NCBI RefSeq assembly: GCF_018977255.1
Contig: NW_024704742.1
Location: 29,576,001-29,640,000 of the forward strand
Length of the DNA: 64,000 nt
Source of the DNA: Callorhinchus milii
Taxonomy: Eukaryota
Direction of reading: 5' to 3'
The translations under genes were made by a program, and so were the position numbers. Below, piece by piece: positions 36,770 through 48,865 of this stretch. The stretch's first letter is position 1. Every line of letters starts with the position of its first letter. The notes beneath the pieces were generated by a model, which made no database searches, was not told where the DNA came from, and saw nothing but the letters and a program-made list of their open reading frames with translations.

Positions 36770-37130
36770 CAAATTGAAAATTGAACCAAGGAAGTGATGC
36801 TTAAGTTGTATAAATTATTAGTCAGACCAGTTAAGAGTATTGTGTCCAGTTTTAGTCACTTCGCTTTAGGTTACAGGACCATAGAGTGGGTGCAAAAGAG
36901 ATTTACTTGGATGATACCAGGGATGAGTGGTTCGATCTATGAGCAGAGACAAGAGGAACTGGACCTATTTTCATTGGAACGGAGAAGGTTAAGGGCCTAA
37001 TAGAGGTCTTTTAAATTGTGAGAGGTTTGGATGTGAGTCAGCAGGGAAAAAGTGTTTCCTCTGGTCAGTGAGTTAGGGAGTAAAAAGCATCAATTGTAGA
37101 TGGTTAACAAGGTAGCAAAGAGGGAGATTA
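36770..37130 (+). mobile_element. CR1-clade LINE 3' fragment
   Basis: LYKLLVRP...EWVQKRFTWMIPGM...L.LFSLERRRLR, typical of the CR1 ORF2 C-terminus. Confidence 0.8.
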
Positions 37131-37389
37131 GAACAGCCAGCAGCAGCGGTGGGCAGCGGCAAGCAGCAGGATTATATTCTTCTTCTTCAGTGACCGCTCT
37201 GAAGATTATAAAAAGATCAACTGTGCAGTAATTTAGGCATCCACGGACTCTCACTTAGGCCACTTGGCTTGGACTCCATGTAAACAGGTTGGTATTGGCC
37301 AAATGCAGATTCCTCTCATTGCTGACCTGACTAAGTTCATCTCAGAGGACTATTGTGTTCTGAAGGAAGATGAAGGAATGGCTTAATTG

Positions 37390-38940
37390 CAGCAGCAGCA
37401 GCAGCAGCAAAATTACATCTGTATAGCACCTTTCACATTGGGAAGACATCCCAAGGCGCTGGGCAGACAGAGTTACAGACCCGAGCTGGGGGTCAGGATG
37501 GGGGAGGATGGAGGGGAAGCAGGGAGATCAAAGAGGAGGGTATTGAGATGGGTCTTGAAGGGGCGAGGGAGGGGGAGAGATGGAGGGACTGTGGGATGGA
37601 GTTCCAGAGGGTGGGGGCAGAGTGGCGGAAGACCCGCCTGCCAGTAGTGGGGCAAGCAAGCTGGGGGACGTGAAGCAGGCCAGAGCCCGCTGAGCGGAGG
37701 GAGCGAACAGGGTAGTAGGGAGTTAGGAGGTTGGAGAAGTAGGGGGGACCAAAACCATGGAGGGCTTTGAAGGTGATCTTGAACTGTAACCTCTGTGTGA
37801 TGGGAAGCCAGTGGAGTTGGGCAAGGATGGGGGCGATAGGATCGCGGAGCCTAGTGCGGGATAGGACACGGGCTACAGAGTTCTGGATGATCTGCAACCT
37901 ATGGAGGGAGCATTGGGGAGGTCGACAAGCAGGGAGTTTGCATAGTCGAGCCTTGATGTAATGAGAGCATGTATGAGGGTTTCGGCGGTCTGTGGTGTGA
38001 GACAGTGTCGGAGCCGGGAGACATTGCGGAGGTGGGGGAAGACAGAATGGGTCATGGCTCAGATGTACGGTAGAAAGGATAGTTGAAGGTCAAACAAGAT
38101 GCCAAGGTTCTGGACTGGCTTAGTAAGGTGGAATGTGCATCCATGGATGGTGATGCTGTCAGCGCCTGAGGTGAGGAGGCACTGACATGAGCCAATCAGG
38201 AGAGCCTCGGTCTTGTTGATATTCAACTGAAGAAAGTTAGCTCTCATCGAGGACTTGATGTCTGACATTCAGTCAGGATAGCAGTGATCTTGGAGTCAAG
38301 GGTGGAGGCAGAGAGGTAGAGTTGGGTGTCATCCGCATACATGTGGATGTTGACCTCATGTCTGCGGATGATGTCACCAAGAGGGAGCATATAGGTATTG
38401 AAGAGGAGGGGACCAAGGACAGAGCCCTGAGGAAAGCCGCATGAGACAGTGCGAGGGCTTGAAGGAAAGCTGTTTGAGGAGATGAAGTACAGGCAGTTGG
38501 TGTGAGAGGTACGATCTGAACCAGTTAAGGACAGCGCTGTGAAGGTTGAGGTGAGAGGAGAGTTGGTGGATGAGGATAGAGTGGTAGACGGTGTCAAAAG
38601 CAGTAGAGAGGTCAAGGAGGACAAGGAGGCAGAGGGAGCCCTGGTCACAGATGGACAGAATGTCATTTGTAACTTTGACCAGGACTGTTTCTGTGCTGTA
38701 GGTGGCACGGAAACCCAATTGGAGGGGTTCGAGAAGGGAGTGGCGGGAGAGAAAGTAGCGAAGTTGAGAAGCATCAACTCGTTCCAGTACCTTGGAGAGG
38801 AAAGGGAGGTTGGAGATGGGGCAGTAGGTAGGGAGTAGAGAAGGATCCAGGGAGAGATTTTTAAGGATCGGAGTGATGACTGCGGTTTTCAAAGGAGTGG
38901 GAACAGTACCAGAGGACAGGGAGAGGTTTACGATGTCAAA
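37390..38940 (-). mobile_element. 5'-truncated L2-clade LINE
   Basis: [50 protein letters not shown]; (TGC)n tail near 37390. Confidence 0.92.
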
Positions 38941-39599
38941 GCAGTGTTTGGGATCCATAAAATCCCAACCCATGTTGTAGCGAGGTGAGATAGCAGGTTT
39001 TGCTACTATCTGGGCACTGAATGAATCCTACAAGGAAAGAAACAAAACTACCCGCTTTCTGGTTAATCAAAGCTGGCAATGTCACTTACTATTTTATGCA
39101 CAAAGCTAAAAGTGACGTTTCCAATGAAACAGAAGTCAGGTTTTATATTTAGTCCAGGAAGCTAAACATGGCAGACGTCCGGGTCATTTGATCCTTTCTA
39201 TGTGCTTTACTCATGTGCAGAGAAGGAAGTGATGTCAAAGTCAGTGGCCTCGAAGTCGACCATTTTAGTATGGAAAACCGGATGGTGCGGGAAGTGGGTG
39301 GACTCCATAGCAGCGTTATAAGGGAATCCGTGGTGCAGTGAAGCGGGTTTTAACAAAGCTGCACTGTAGATAGATATCTAAATAGGAATCATGGCAGGGG
39401 CAGGTAAGTGGAACAGCACAGGCACGAAGGCCTTCCTCTACGCTGTAAATTCCCATGGATCTATGGGTTAGCTGTGTGGGGTATAGATATTCTGGTTCGG
39501 AGAGAAAAGTTCTTTGGTACAAGAGGACAGGTAGGAAATCCTGAGACCTTACAGTCCTGTCCCTGGAACTCTCTTCTCTGCCGCAACAAAATCCCCAAC

Positions 39600-40195
39600 T
39601 AGCAAAAAGCTCACATTTAAAATTCTTTTTTAATAAGATCTCATGGTTCATTGACATAACATTCTTTTTTGTTTTCAAAAACTGTAATTAATTCGATGCC
39701 ACACTTTTACACAGTTGAGAATTCTGTACAGGTTTTTTTTTAAAAAGAACTGAGCTCAGTTTCCAAGCACTGCTTAAGGTACAGAGTAAAAATGAAATCT
39801 AGAAAAAAATTGTCTTCAATGAACATGTTCATTTAGAGTTTACAGTACAAATAATTAGTAAGACATTGTCTGAAGGTGCAATATCATTGCTTCATTGATG
39901 AATTTAAAACCATAAAATGAAATAAAAATACTTCAATGTTTCGTTAAACAAAGAGCCATTCTTTACAGGAAGTAGACCCAATGGTAAGCCTTATATCTGG
40001 ACTTATAAAAATCTATTTACATTAAACCATTACAGTTTATTTCACGTCTACATGTACATCAGCACCTTAATGCGACAGCAGTGCAACTACAAAACTAGAC
40101 CTACTTTACTTGGTCCCTAAACATTTTTTTTTATTTAGAGGAAGCCTTTAATTTAACAGCTTTTTTTTAATAATTAAAAATTCGTCCGAACCCAT
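39600..40195 (-). other. MAML3: Probable MAML3 3' UTR (distal end uncertain)
   Basis: AT-rich sequence with no recognisable repeats after the TGA; minus-strand AATAAA at 40036-40041; Pumilio-type TGTAAATA at 40021-40014. Confidence 0.5.
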
Positions 40196-41166
40196 TCACG
40201 GTTGGTTACCAAATATCTCATCGAACTCTTGCATCCAACCCTCCGTTGATCCACCTTTGATTAAAGAGTCCATCAGGTCTACGCTGTCTGATAAACTGGA
40301 GAAGGAACCAGCAGCAGACTGGCTGATGTAATTGAAAGACAAGTCCTGGTTGGCGTTTCTCGTGTGGTACCCTTGACTCGGATTGCTTTGTGCGTAGCAA
40401 CCGGCTGTCAACTGTTGAGCTGTGGTGCCCTGGTTAAAACCACCCATGTTGTGGATTGTCTGGGTCATGCCAGACATGATTATTTGTCTTGGCTGGTTGG
40501 TCCTTGGCTGCCCTGCAAAATGAGGCATCATTTGCCCCCCGACTGTCCCAGCAGCCTCAAGACCTGGCTGACCCATTGCTTGGACAAAGTGTTGTTTGGC
40601 CATCTTAGGTTGACCAGGTTGCAATGCATAAGATGACTTGTTGAATGGTCCCATCTCGCTGTTAGCCTGAGTTCTGTTGGGCAAACCCTGCAAACTTTGT
40701 TGCTGCCAACTTTGAGCTGGTTGAGCACCAGAGCTTCCCATAAGATGAAGTCTTTGTACTTGAGCCTTAGGCAATGACTGCCCTACAGGTCCTTTCACTT
40801 GCTGTTGGACTAAGACATGGTTTCCAACTAGGTTTTGTCCATAACCAGCTACCATTCCAACCCCTTGTCCAGCAATAGGCTGTCTCTGCATCTGGCTAGC
40901 ATTACGTGCCATGCTCGCATTGCTTTGGTTTGAATGCTGAAGAATTTGGTTCATGCCCGGGCTCATACTGTACATTCCTTGCTGGTTGCTCTGGCCGCTG
41001 CTGTACTGCACCATGCTGATCTCCGTCTGGCCTCCGGTGGCAGGTATCGTTCCAGAGTTCTGGACCTGCGCCATTTGCATCATGCTCGGATTTTGCGCCA
41101 TCATTCTGGGACTCCTCACGTTCTGGAGGACCTGGTTCCGAGCAGCTGCCAACTCCTGGGCCGAAC
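40196..41166 (-). CDS. MAML3: MAML3 terminal exon (coding part)
   Basis: ttcag|GTTCGGCCCAG; GSAQELAAARNQ...WMQEFDEIFGNQP*; lies within ORF 40196..41224. Confidence 0.95.
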
Positions 41167-44100
41167 CTGAAACTAAAAAAGGCTCATTAGATAACTGAGT
41201 TATCACTGTAGATTTGGTTGGCATTTACTACCACGTAAAATGTTGTCCGTTCTGAAACAACATACAACATCGGAAGTGTAATAAAATTAACTTGTCGGGT
41301 AATTTGACTGCAGTCCACTCAAAGGATTTCAGGTGGTGTATTCAGTTCCCAGAGTAAGTAATATGAAGTCCTGTAGCATCGTGGTTAGTACGCTAGCCTC
41401 ACAAGCGAGTGGGTCCGGGTTCAGTTCCCAGGCAGGGCGAAACCTTAGGTAAGTTCCCTTACTCCACACCCTTTATTTACCTAGCAATGAGTAGGAATCT
41501 GGTTGTTAGTCAATTGACGGATCGCTTTCCGGAGATAATGATTCCCCCACCCAAAAAAAAATGGAGTCAATCAATCCACGACTCTCTGTGGGACACTGCT
41601 GTGCGTAATTGGCTGCCGCATTTCGCCCAGAAAATAGTCAATCCACTTTACAATATATTCTGTGAAGCGCTTTGAGATGTCTCAATGACGTGATAAGGTG
41701 CTATATCAAATGCAAGGATTATTATTATAATATACTCTGAAAGGAACTACCCATTAATCTACTCTCAATCAAACTGTGTATAGATTAACTCACAATGGGT
41801 ATTTTTGAGAATTGCTCTCAAATAGGTTTCAATGCTGTACTTATAATGTTATTCCTTGCATTTGATATAGCACCTTATCACGTTGAAATGTCTCAAAGTG
41901 CTTCACAGAGTTATCAGAAGTGTAGTCACTGTATCTTTTGGTGAACACAGCAACCATTTCACGCACAGCAATTCATAGAGAAACTCCTGTCTTGTTTTGA
42001 ATAGTTTTCACTTTAATGTCCACTTGTACAGAGAGACAGGAGGTTGGTTTAACATCTCATCCAAAAGATATCACCTGAGAAAGTGCAGTATGCCCACAGC
42101 TACCTGGATGAGCCTCTGTAGGGCTTTCAAAGCCAAGCAAACTGTAGCTCATTAATGCCTGTTAGAGGACTGAAATTCCAGTCAGAGCTCTGTGCAGCGA
42201 CAGTTTCCCCCCATTATAAATGCCCATCATCAATGTTGCCAAACAGAATGCCAACCAGAAATGTAACCCTAATGAAAGGGCGAGCAAGGGGAGAAAGTAG
42301 GAGGACAGTAAAATATAACACTCGTTTCGGCTGGCAGGCAATAAATTGTATTCACAGTTCTGACCATTAACTTACTCTCAAACTAGAAAGAATTCCGAAT
42401 AACGATAAACAACAGAAACAGAACAAAACCTGCTTTCAGAAAGAAACATTCTCCCCAGTCCCGATGAGAGAAAGTTGCTGGTACGATCCATTTTTTTATT
42501 GAGATTTTATTGAGTACAGCAAAGCTCAGAGGTGTCAGTTAAAAAGAAAGGAATTTCAGAGTTGGACGTGGTGGTTGTGTGTGTGTTGTGTGTGTGGAGG
42601 GGAGAGAGGGAGGAAGTGGGGGGATTGTTGGAAGACGCCCATGAATAATAGCACAGCAACAAACAGTGCTGTAATCAGTGGTGTCGACCACTCGCTTCAC
42701 CACGGGTGCTGCTGCCAAAATCTCACTGGGAACAAAACATTAAGTGGGAAGGGACAAGATGCTCCATTTGTGCAAAAAAAACACACACAAAAGAAATGCT
42801 TCCTACGCATACTTCAGCTTTAAAAGGCAAGGTCTTGAGTAATGAATAGTCCTCGGAATACCTAAACTGAGGCTACACGGTGCAGAACTTCCCTTTTACA
42901 CGCTTCCCTTTTATGTACCCATGAGACCTCAGTGGAGTACATTCCCCCACCCCCCCCCCACACACACACACACACAACATGGCAATTGGTAATATGCAGT
43001 ATTTTCTCTAATAGTCCTTGTGGTTCCTTTGAGTGAGACTGGATGGATTTACTCTGTTCCCTACCCTCCACTAGCCCGTGCTTCTGTTAGTTATTTTCTC
43101 CCACACTGTTAGGTTTTCCTTTACCACAAACTACTATTTAATTACGAGAATTGTCTCATGACTACCTCCTCCCAGGCTGTTCCTGTCGCTGTTTGCTGTG
43201 AACCGACCACTAAAGAGATGGGTGAGGATGGCGAGGGTACATTTTCTAATTCCCTTCCAACTTTCTTTCCCTTGTTTCTTTAACAGCTTGCCTGAGACTG
43301 AACACTCACTGAGTGGACGTTGACTGTGTAATGTATCAGGAGGAACAACACTCTTCCTCTATCCCTCCGCCTTGCCCCTTCCTTCCCCATTCTCAGGTCA
43401 TGTCTGAAGACCTTCCTATTAGACCGTGCCTACAGTCACCTCAGCCTTCCCCTGGCTTGGAGTTGTGCTCCGCCACTACCCTCATGCAGGGTAGCGCTCT
43501 GAGATGCTACCCTGCATGAGGGAATGTTATATAAATGCAAGTGATTGTTGTTTCCTACCAACGCAGCGACTGTTACAGCAGGATGGCCCCACAAGTTAGA
43601 GGCCTCCAGCTCAACCTTGAACCAGGAAACTCAAACTCTGGGGATTTTGTGTTTGTGTCCACAGTCTACATCCGTCCTGGATGGTCAGCCAAACAAATAC
43701 ATTTTTCTTCATTGAATTTTTCTTCATTTATGGCTGCACTATGGGTATCACGACTCAGTAGCTACCGTAAAAAGGTATTAATTTGGCACGGACTTGCCAC
43801 CTCAAAAGTGGCCCGCAGGCCACTGCATCAGTGTAATTTAGTAAGCCCGCAGGCCATTTTTGGGGGGCAGGGGGGTCAGGAAGTGGCACGCTGAAAACCG
43901 GAACCATTCCAGGCAAGTCTGCGCTAAATCATCACTTAATAAATGCAAGGATTATTAATTTTGGATTGTCCTCAGTTGGATGTTAGCAGAATTACCCATA
44001 GTGGCTGTTAGGGTTGCGTCAATGGGGGCTGGCAGGGGAACGGGGACGTTTAAAAAGAAATCAGTAAAATATACAGAAAAATTTTACTTGGAGGTATGAG

Positions 44101-47100
44101 GAAAGGGCAGGGAAATGGGATTGAGAGAGATGGTTTCACTGGAGGAAAATACGCGCACCCTAATACAATGGAATGAATAGCTTCTTGCTGTGTCATAGAT
44201 TTCTATAGTTCTATAGAAACCAATTTGTACTTGGTGCATGATGACCCATTATCCACACTGTTTCCATATCCACAATGGTGCTGGTCCCAAATTAGTGCAG
44301 ATAACTGTCTCTCTACTTCAGTTTTATAATGGGAAGGAAGATGAGATAATAAAACTAAACTGGCAGGCTTGTGCATGCGGTCTCTGTTAAACCCAGTCAG
44401 CTTCTCCTGCTCTCCTGAAAACATTTCAATCGTGTTGAAATTTCACGGTCTGATTTATCACTGCTTCATTCAGGACATCTGAAGGCTCGGCTTTTGAGGT
44501 TAGTAATTGTAGAAGGCATCAGAGGGTTTCTGAAACATTCTATTACTTTTCTAATGTAATGTTTCAAAGCATCACTTAAGTGGCATTATTATACAAAAAG
44601 GAAAGAACCAGAGACTGATCACATGATGATTGATTTGGAATTTCTATGGCAGAACGATTACGGAATAAGTGAAGGTATTCTCTGTAGCTCCAAACATTAA
44701 CTCAATTCCAGTTTTAGTGTAGAACACATCTGTGTTACACAATGCAGTTTTTTTAAAAAAAAGCACAAAATACAGATTGGTAACATAAATCTACTGTTTA
44801 AAAGGTCTGCTTTTTCTCCCCTGCTTCCCTCAAAGCACTAACACAATGTAAGGGTACTTCAACTCAAGTTGTTTAGACACCTGTCTGAGGACACTTCAGC
44901 ACAGTAACCTCTACCACTAGTGACTGAGTGTATAGTGAACACGCGATTATAAAAAACCTCCACCTTGGTGTGCAGTAATGTAACCTTTACCACTGGTGAC
45001 CGGGTGTGACAGTGACAACAAACACTCTAGTAAAATTGTTGTGCACAATTGTGCTGCCGCGTTTTGCCCCCAAAATACAGTCACTCCACTTTACAGTATA
45101 TCCTCTGAAGCGCTTTGAGATGTCACGATGACATGATAAGGTGCTCTATGAAATGTAAGGATTATTATTACTACAGTAATCTCCACCACTAGTGTACAGT
45201 AAGTACAGTAACCTCTATCACTATTGACCAAGTGGATAGAGAACACTCGTAGCCTCACCCACTAGTGACTGAGTACACAGTGAACACTCTCGTTTGGCTC
45301 TAGGGCACTGCTCGTTTAAAGACTGATTTAATACAAGTATAGGAGTACAGAATAAAATGGTGATTCCCGAGTAAAGCTTCCTGCGATTGCAGAGGGTGTA
45401 TCCCCACTGCTCAATGACAGTCCAAAGACCCATCTTACTTAGCCCGTAAACGCCTCTGTACATGCAGTGACCTTTATGTGAACTTGATGCACTTGCCACA
45501 TGGAGCAAATTCTATCTGCAGAACAATCTACACTTACAAAACCTTAAGGAGAGTTAAAAATTAATAGGCTCACCTTGGAACTGGCTGACCTGCTGAACAG
45601 GATATGGATTCCTCTGCTGATCCTTGCACTGCGGATGTGGTCTGGGGAGGTGCTGTTGCATCTGGTCATGCTGCTGCTGCTGTAGTTGCTGCTGAAATAA
45701 AAGCAAACTCCTTAATTCTTCTGTACGAGCCGCGCTGTGGGCTCAGTCATTCTCTTATACGCAGGGAACAAACTGGATCACGTGTGCAGTGCAATGCCAA
45801 TCTGGGAATTCTTACCAGAATTCTTACCAACTCTTTGCCAACTCTTATTTATAATACTTCTAATAAAGTGCAAACTTGTTATATAACACAGTGTTTGGCA
45901 TCCATAAAATCCCCATCCCCTTTAATGCACACATTAAAGTGCAGCATATTGACGTGTTTTACTGAGCAGTGTGCGCACTGCCTGGCTCCTGTATTAAACA
46001 AAAATCAATGACCGACGTCCAGCTCGGCAGGTCAACGTAACATCACTTCCTATTTTCTGTGCCTATGCAAAGTGGGGAGTGTTGTTGTCATTGGCAACCT
46101 CATCACCTGGAAGCCACCTATGTTTTCAGCGCAGCGAACGAGCAGACCGGCTGCACACAAGTGGAATATTAATAATAATAATACTAATAATAATCCTTGC
46201 ATTTGATACAGCGCCTTATCACGTCTTTGAGACGTCTCAAAGTGCTTCACAGAATCTACTGGAAGTGAACTGGCTGTATATTTTGTGGGCGAAACGCGGC
46301 AGCCAATTGCACACAGCAGTGTCTCACAAACAGTCGTGGATTGTGTGAGCAAATCATTATTATTATTTTTCTGATTGGATTATTACCCCTGGAAAATCGA
46401 TCCGTCAATCGACTAACAACTGGGTTCCTACTTATTGCTAGGCACAGAGGCATGTGGAGTCAGGAAACTTTTCGCCCTGCCCGAGATCTGGATCCAGGTC
46501 CTCTCGCTTGCGAAGTGAGTGCTCTAATCACTAAGTTACAGGACTCCACAATCAACAGGGTACATAGTGTAACTGGCCTGTAAGTGAATTTGCGCTATAA
46601 TGATGCTCTTTATAGTGAGGTTGCGCTGTAATAAGCTTTCCATTTGATCTAGGGCCTATCATGTTGAAATGTAAGTATTTAAAGTTTAAGAGCTTAACAG
46701 GTAATTATTGTCAAGTTCTATCACAGTGTTTGGCAGCCATTTTGTGCTCAGTAATGACCCGCAAACAGACACAAAGTGAACTGGGGGATTGTTGGCCAGG
46801 ACACTGGGAAAAACTCCCTTCTCTTTTCAAATAATGTCACGTGATCTTTATCATCCACCTAAACAGGCCAATGCGATCTTGTTTTTAACATCTCATCCGA
46901 AGGACAATGCAACGGTCCCCCAACATTTTATTTGAGTATCAGCCTAGACAGACTACGAGCTCAAAGTGCCTACATGGTGCTTGAACCTGCAACCTTAGAG
47001 ACAACAATGAGACAAAGTGAGATCTAAACATATTTCAGAATCAAATGCTCTTTTAACAACTTGTTTCCCTCCTTGCTTGAACATTTGTTTATTTGGGAGT

Positions 47101-48865
47101 ATTTTCTTCTCACTTTTGCGCTCCCTTTCACCCAAACCCTCTGGCTGAATATTCTGCCTGGGCACAGGACTCCTGAATTTCTACCTGTACTGCTTTTGAA
47201 CTGGTTCTTCAGAGGTGTGTGAATAGTTAATTCACTCTGTGGTCCACCCTCCCTGTGGAAGGGGACATGGTGCACAGGGAGTGCTCTCCCTCTATGTCTT
47301 CTTTGTGGTGTGGCTGAGATTAAGATGTGAATCTCAAGAGTGGGCACATAGTGCACGATATACCTTTAACACTGAATAACGTAGATGACAAGATTGTCAC
47401 CTTGATCATTTTGGGCTTGGTTCTGGGGATCTGGGCAACCTCTATGAACATTCACATGTGCCACAGAACAAGAACTAATCCACATCGCACTACTAGATGG
47501 CACTTGGCGGCTAGCTTCCTCCACCGGAATATCGCCCGCCACAGCCGTCAAACACCAGGATAGGGGACGAGTAGTGGAAGGGAAGAAGATGGAATATACA
47601 TGCAAACAGCCAGTGGGGAAAGAAACCATTGGCAGTCCCATCATCACTCTGAAGACAAAGTCCTAGCAGGTAGGATGGTCCTCACTACAGGAGCAGGGGG
47701 AAGCTTGCCACAGTGCTTTTAAGGGAAACTAAATGGTTTGAACAGGTTAAACTCCAGCTGTACCCCAACACCCATTCTGGGTTTGTTCTCCAAGCTTTGG
47801 CTCTCTTGCCAACCTGTGGCTAATACTATCAGGATTTAGGTAAGCAGGGTGCTTTCCTCCAGGGAGCAAATGCGTGTTGCACTCCAAATCCAGGGAAATT
47901 TTCATGCATGTGTGAAACTCTCAGTCTGGTCTGGAGGCTCTTAAGCACTGTGATGGATTTCATTCAGCTGACAAAACCTAAGCTAGCGAAATAAAGGTTA
48001 AATTCCCTCAAATTTTCCCACCAAACCAGTAGTTCTGAGATGTTATATTACACTATATAAATATTATATTATTGTCTGACTGCTGCTTTATCCTGTGATG
48101 CGGATTCTGAGTAACAGCTGATTTCGTACATTGAAGATTTCAGAAACTTCACCACTGTGTAATGTTTACCCGTGCCTGTCCTAAGATGATGATTTAGCCC
48201 TATTCTTCTTACCAATAACATAACTGTCGGAATCCAAGACAGTGGACTGAATCTCAGCTTGTCTCAATTGGTAGCACTCTGTAGCTGGGTCAGAAGATTG
48301 TGGGTTCAAGCCTCAGTTGGCATTGCTGGGGGAGGGAGGCGAGCACTATATTACCAGAGGATCATACCTGAAACCAAACTTTTGCCTACCTGTTCAGACA
48401 GATGTGAAACCACCCTATGATAATACTGAGCAACCTTATTGTATCAAAGTGTTTGGGAACCATGAAATCTCAACCTGTGTTATAGTGAAGTACGACAGCG
48501 TATTTCACTGCGATGATACATTGGACAGATGACTCTTCTACAAAGTGATTTCCCTGTAATTCCTACCCTCCAACCCACCCGGTCACGACCCATGATAAGT
48601 AAGGTGGTACCTGCTCCGCCAGTAACTGCTGCTGCCTCTGTTCCCTGAAGAGCTGCTGCTTCTGCTGTTCCATCAGATGGAGCTGGTGGACTCTCTGTTT
48701 CTCCTGCTCCATTAATAGCTGCTTCATCATGACCACTTGCTGCTGGTTTCCCAGGTACGCGGGGCTCCCCGTCATGGAGCCAGGGACTGGGCCCCCAGTG
48801 CCAGGCCCTGGGACAGAGGCCTGGATGGATCCCGGTGGCCGAGAAAGACCCACTGGATTCTGATC
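40196..48865 (-). CDS. MAML3: Mastermind-like transcriptional coactivator 3, last three coding exons (5' exons lie beyond the right edge)
   Basis: Exons of 255, 118 and 971 nt join in frame; Q/M/G-rich sequence ending in the mastermind acidic tail DLMDSLIKGGSTEGWMQEFDEIFGNQP*; syntenic with MGST2/SETD7. Confidence 0.93.
41367..41728 (+). mobile_element. Full-length tRNA-derived SINE (long form)
   Basis: Consensus head, body and tail. Confidence 0.88.
44898..45292 (+). repeat. Degenerate ~40-bp minisatellite split by a SINE 3' fragment (~45035-45170)
   Basis: Recurring acagtaacctctaccactagtgactgagtg...gtgaacac units on both sides of the SINE. Confidence 0.6.
45574..45691 (-). CDS. MAML3: MAML3 penultimate exon
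   Basis: ttcag|CAGCAACTA...TTCCAAG|gtgagc; QQLQQQQHDQMQQHLPRPHPQCKDQQRNPYPVQQVSQFQ; 118 nt. Confidence 0.92.
46170..46546 (-). mobile_element. Full-length tRNA-derived SINE (long form)
   Basis: Reverse complement of the consensus. Confidence 0.88.
46710..47000 (-). mobile_element. Deu-domain SINE, partial
   Basis: ggggattgttggccaggacactgggaaaaactccc...aacatctcatccgaagga. Confidence 0.65.
48611..48865 (-). CDS. MAML3: MAML3 third-from-last exon
   Basis: gcag|GATCAGAAT...GAGCAG|gtacca; DQNPVGLSRPPG...MKQLLMEQEKQ...QQLLAEQ; 255 nt. Confidence 0.92.

Noticed and set aside
37387..37647. Poly-Q ORF (MQQQQQQQNY...) as a MAML3-related exon
   Set aside because: Wrong strand; the (CAG)n is the simple-repeat tail of the minus-strand L2.
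35525..42750. Scattered TGGGAA (RBPJ) motifs suggesting Notch autoregulation of MAML3
   Set aside because: Few sites, no head-to-head paired geometry, and frequency compatible with chance.
44898..45292. Repeat-spacer-like pattern as a CRISPR-like array
   Set aside because: Vertebrate intron, degenerate units without unique spacers, no cas genes; an ordinary minisatellite.
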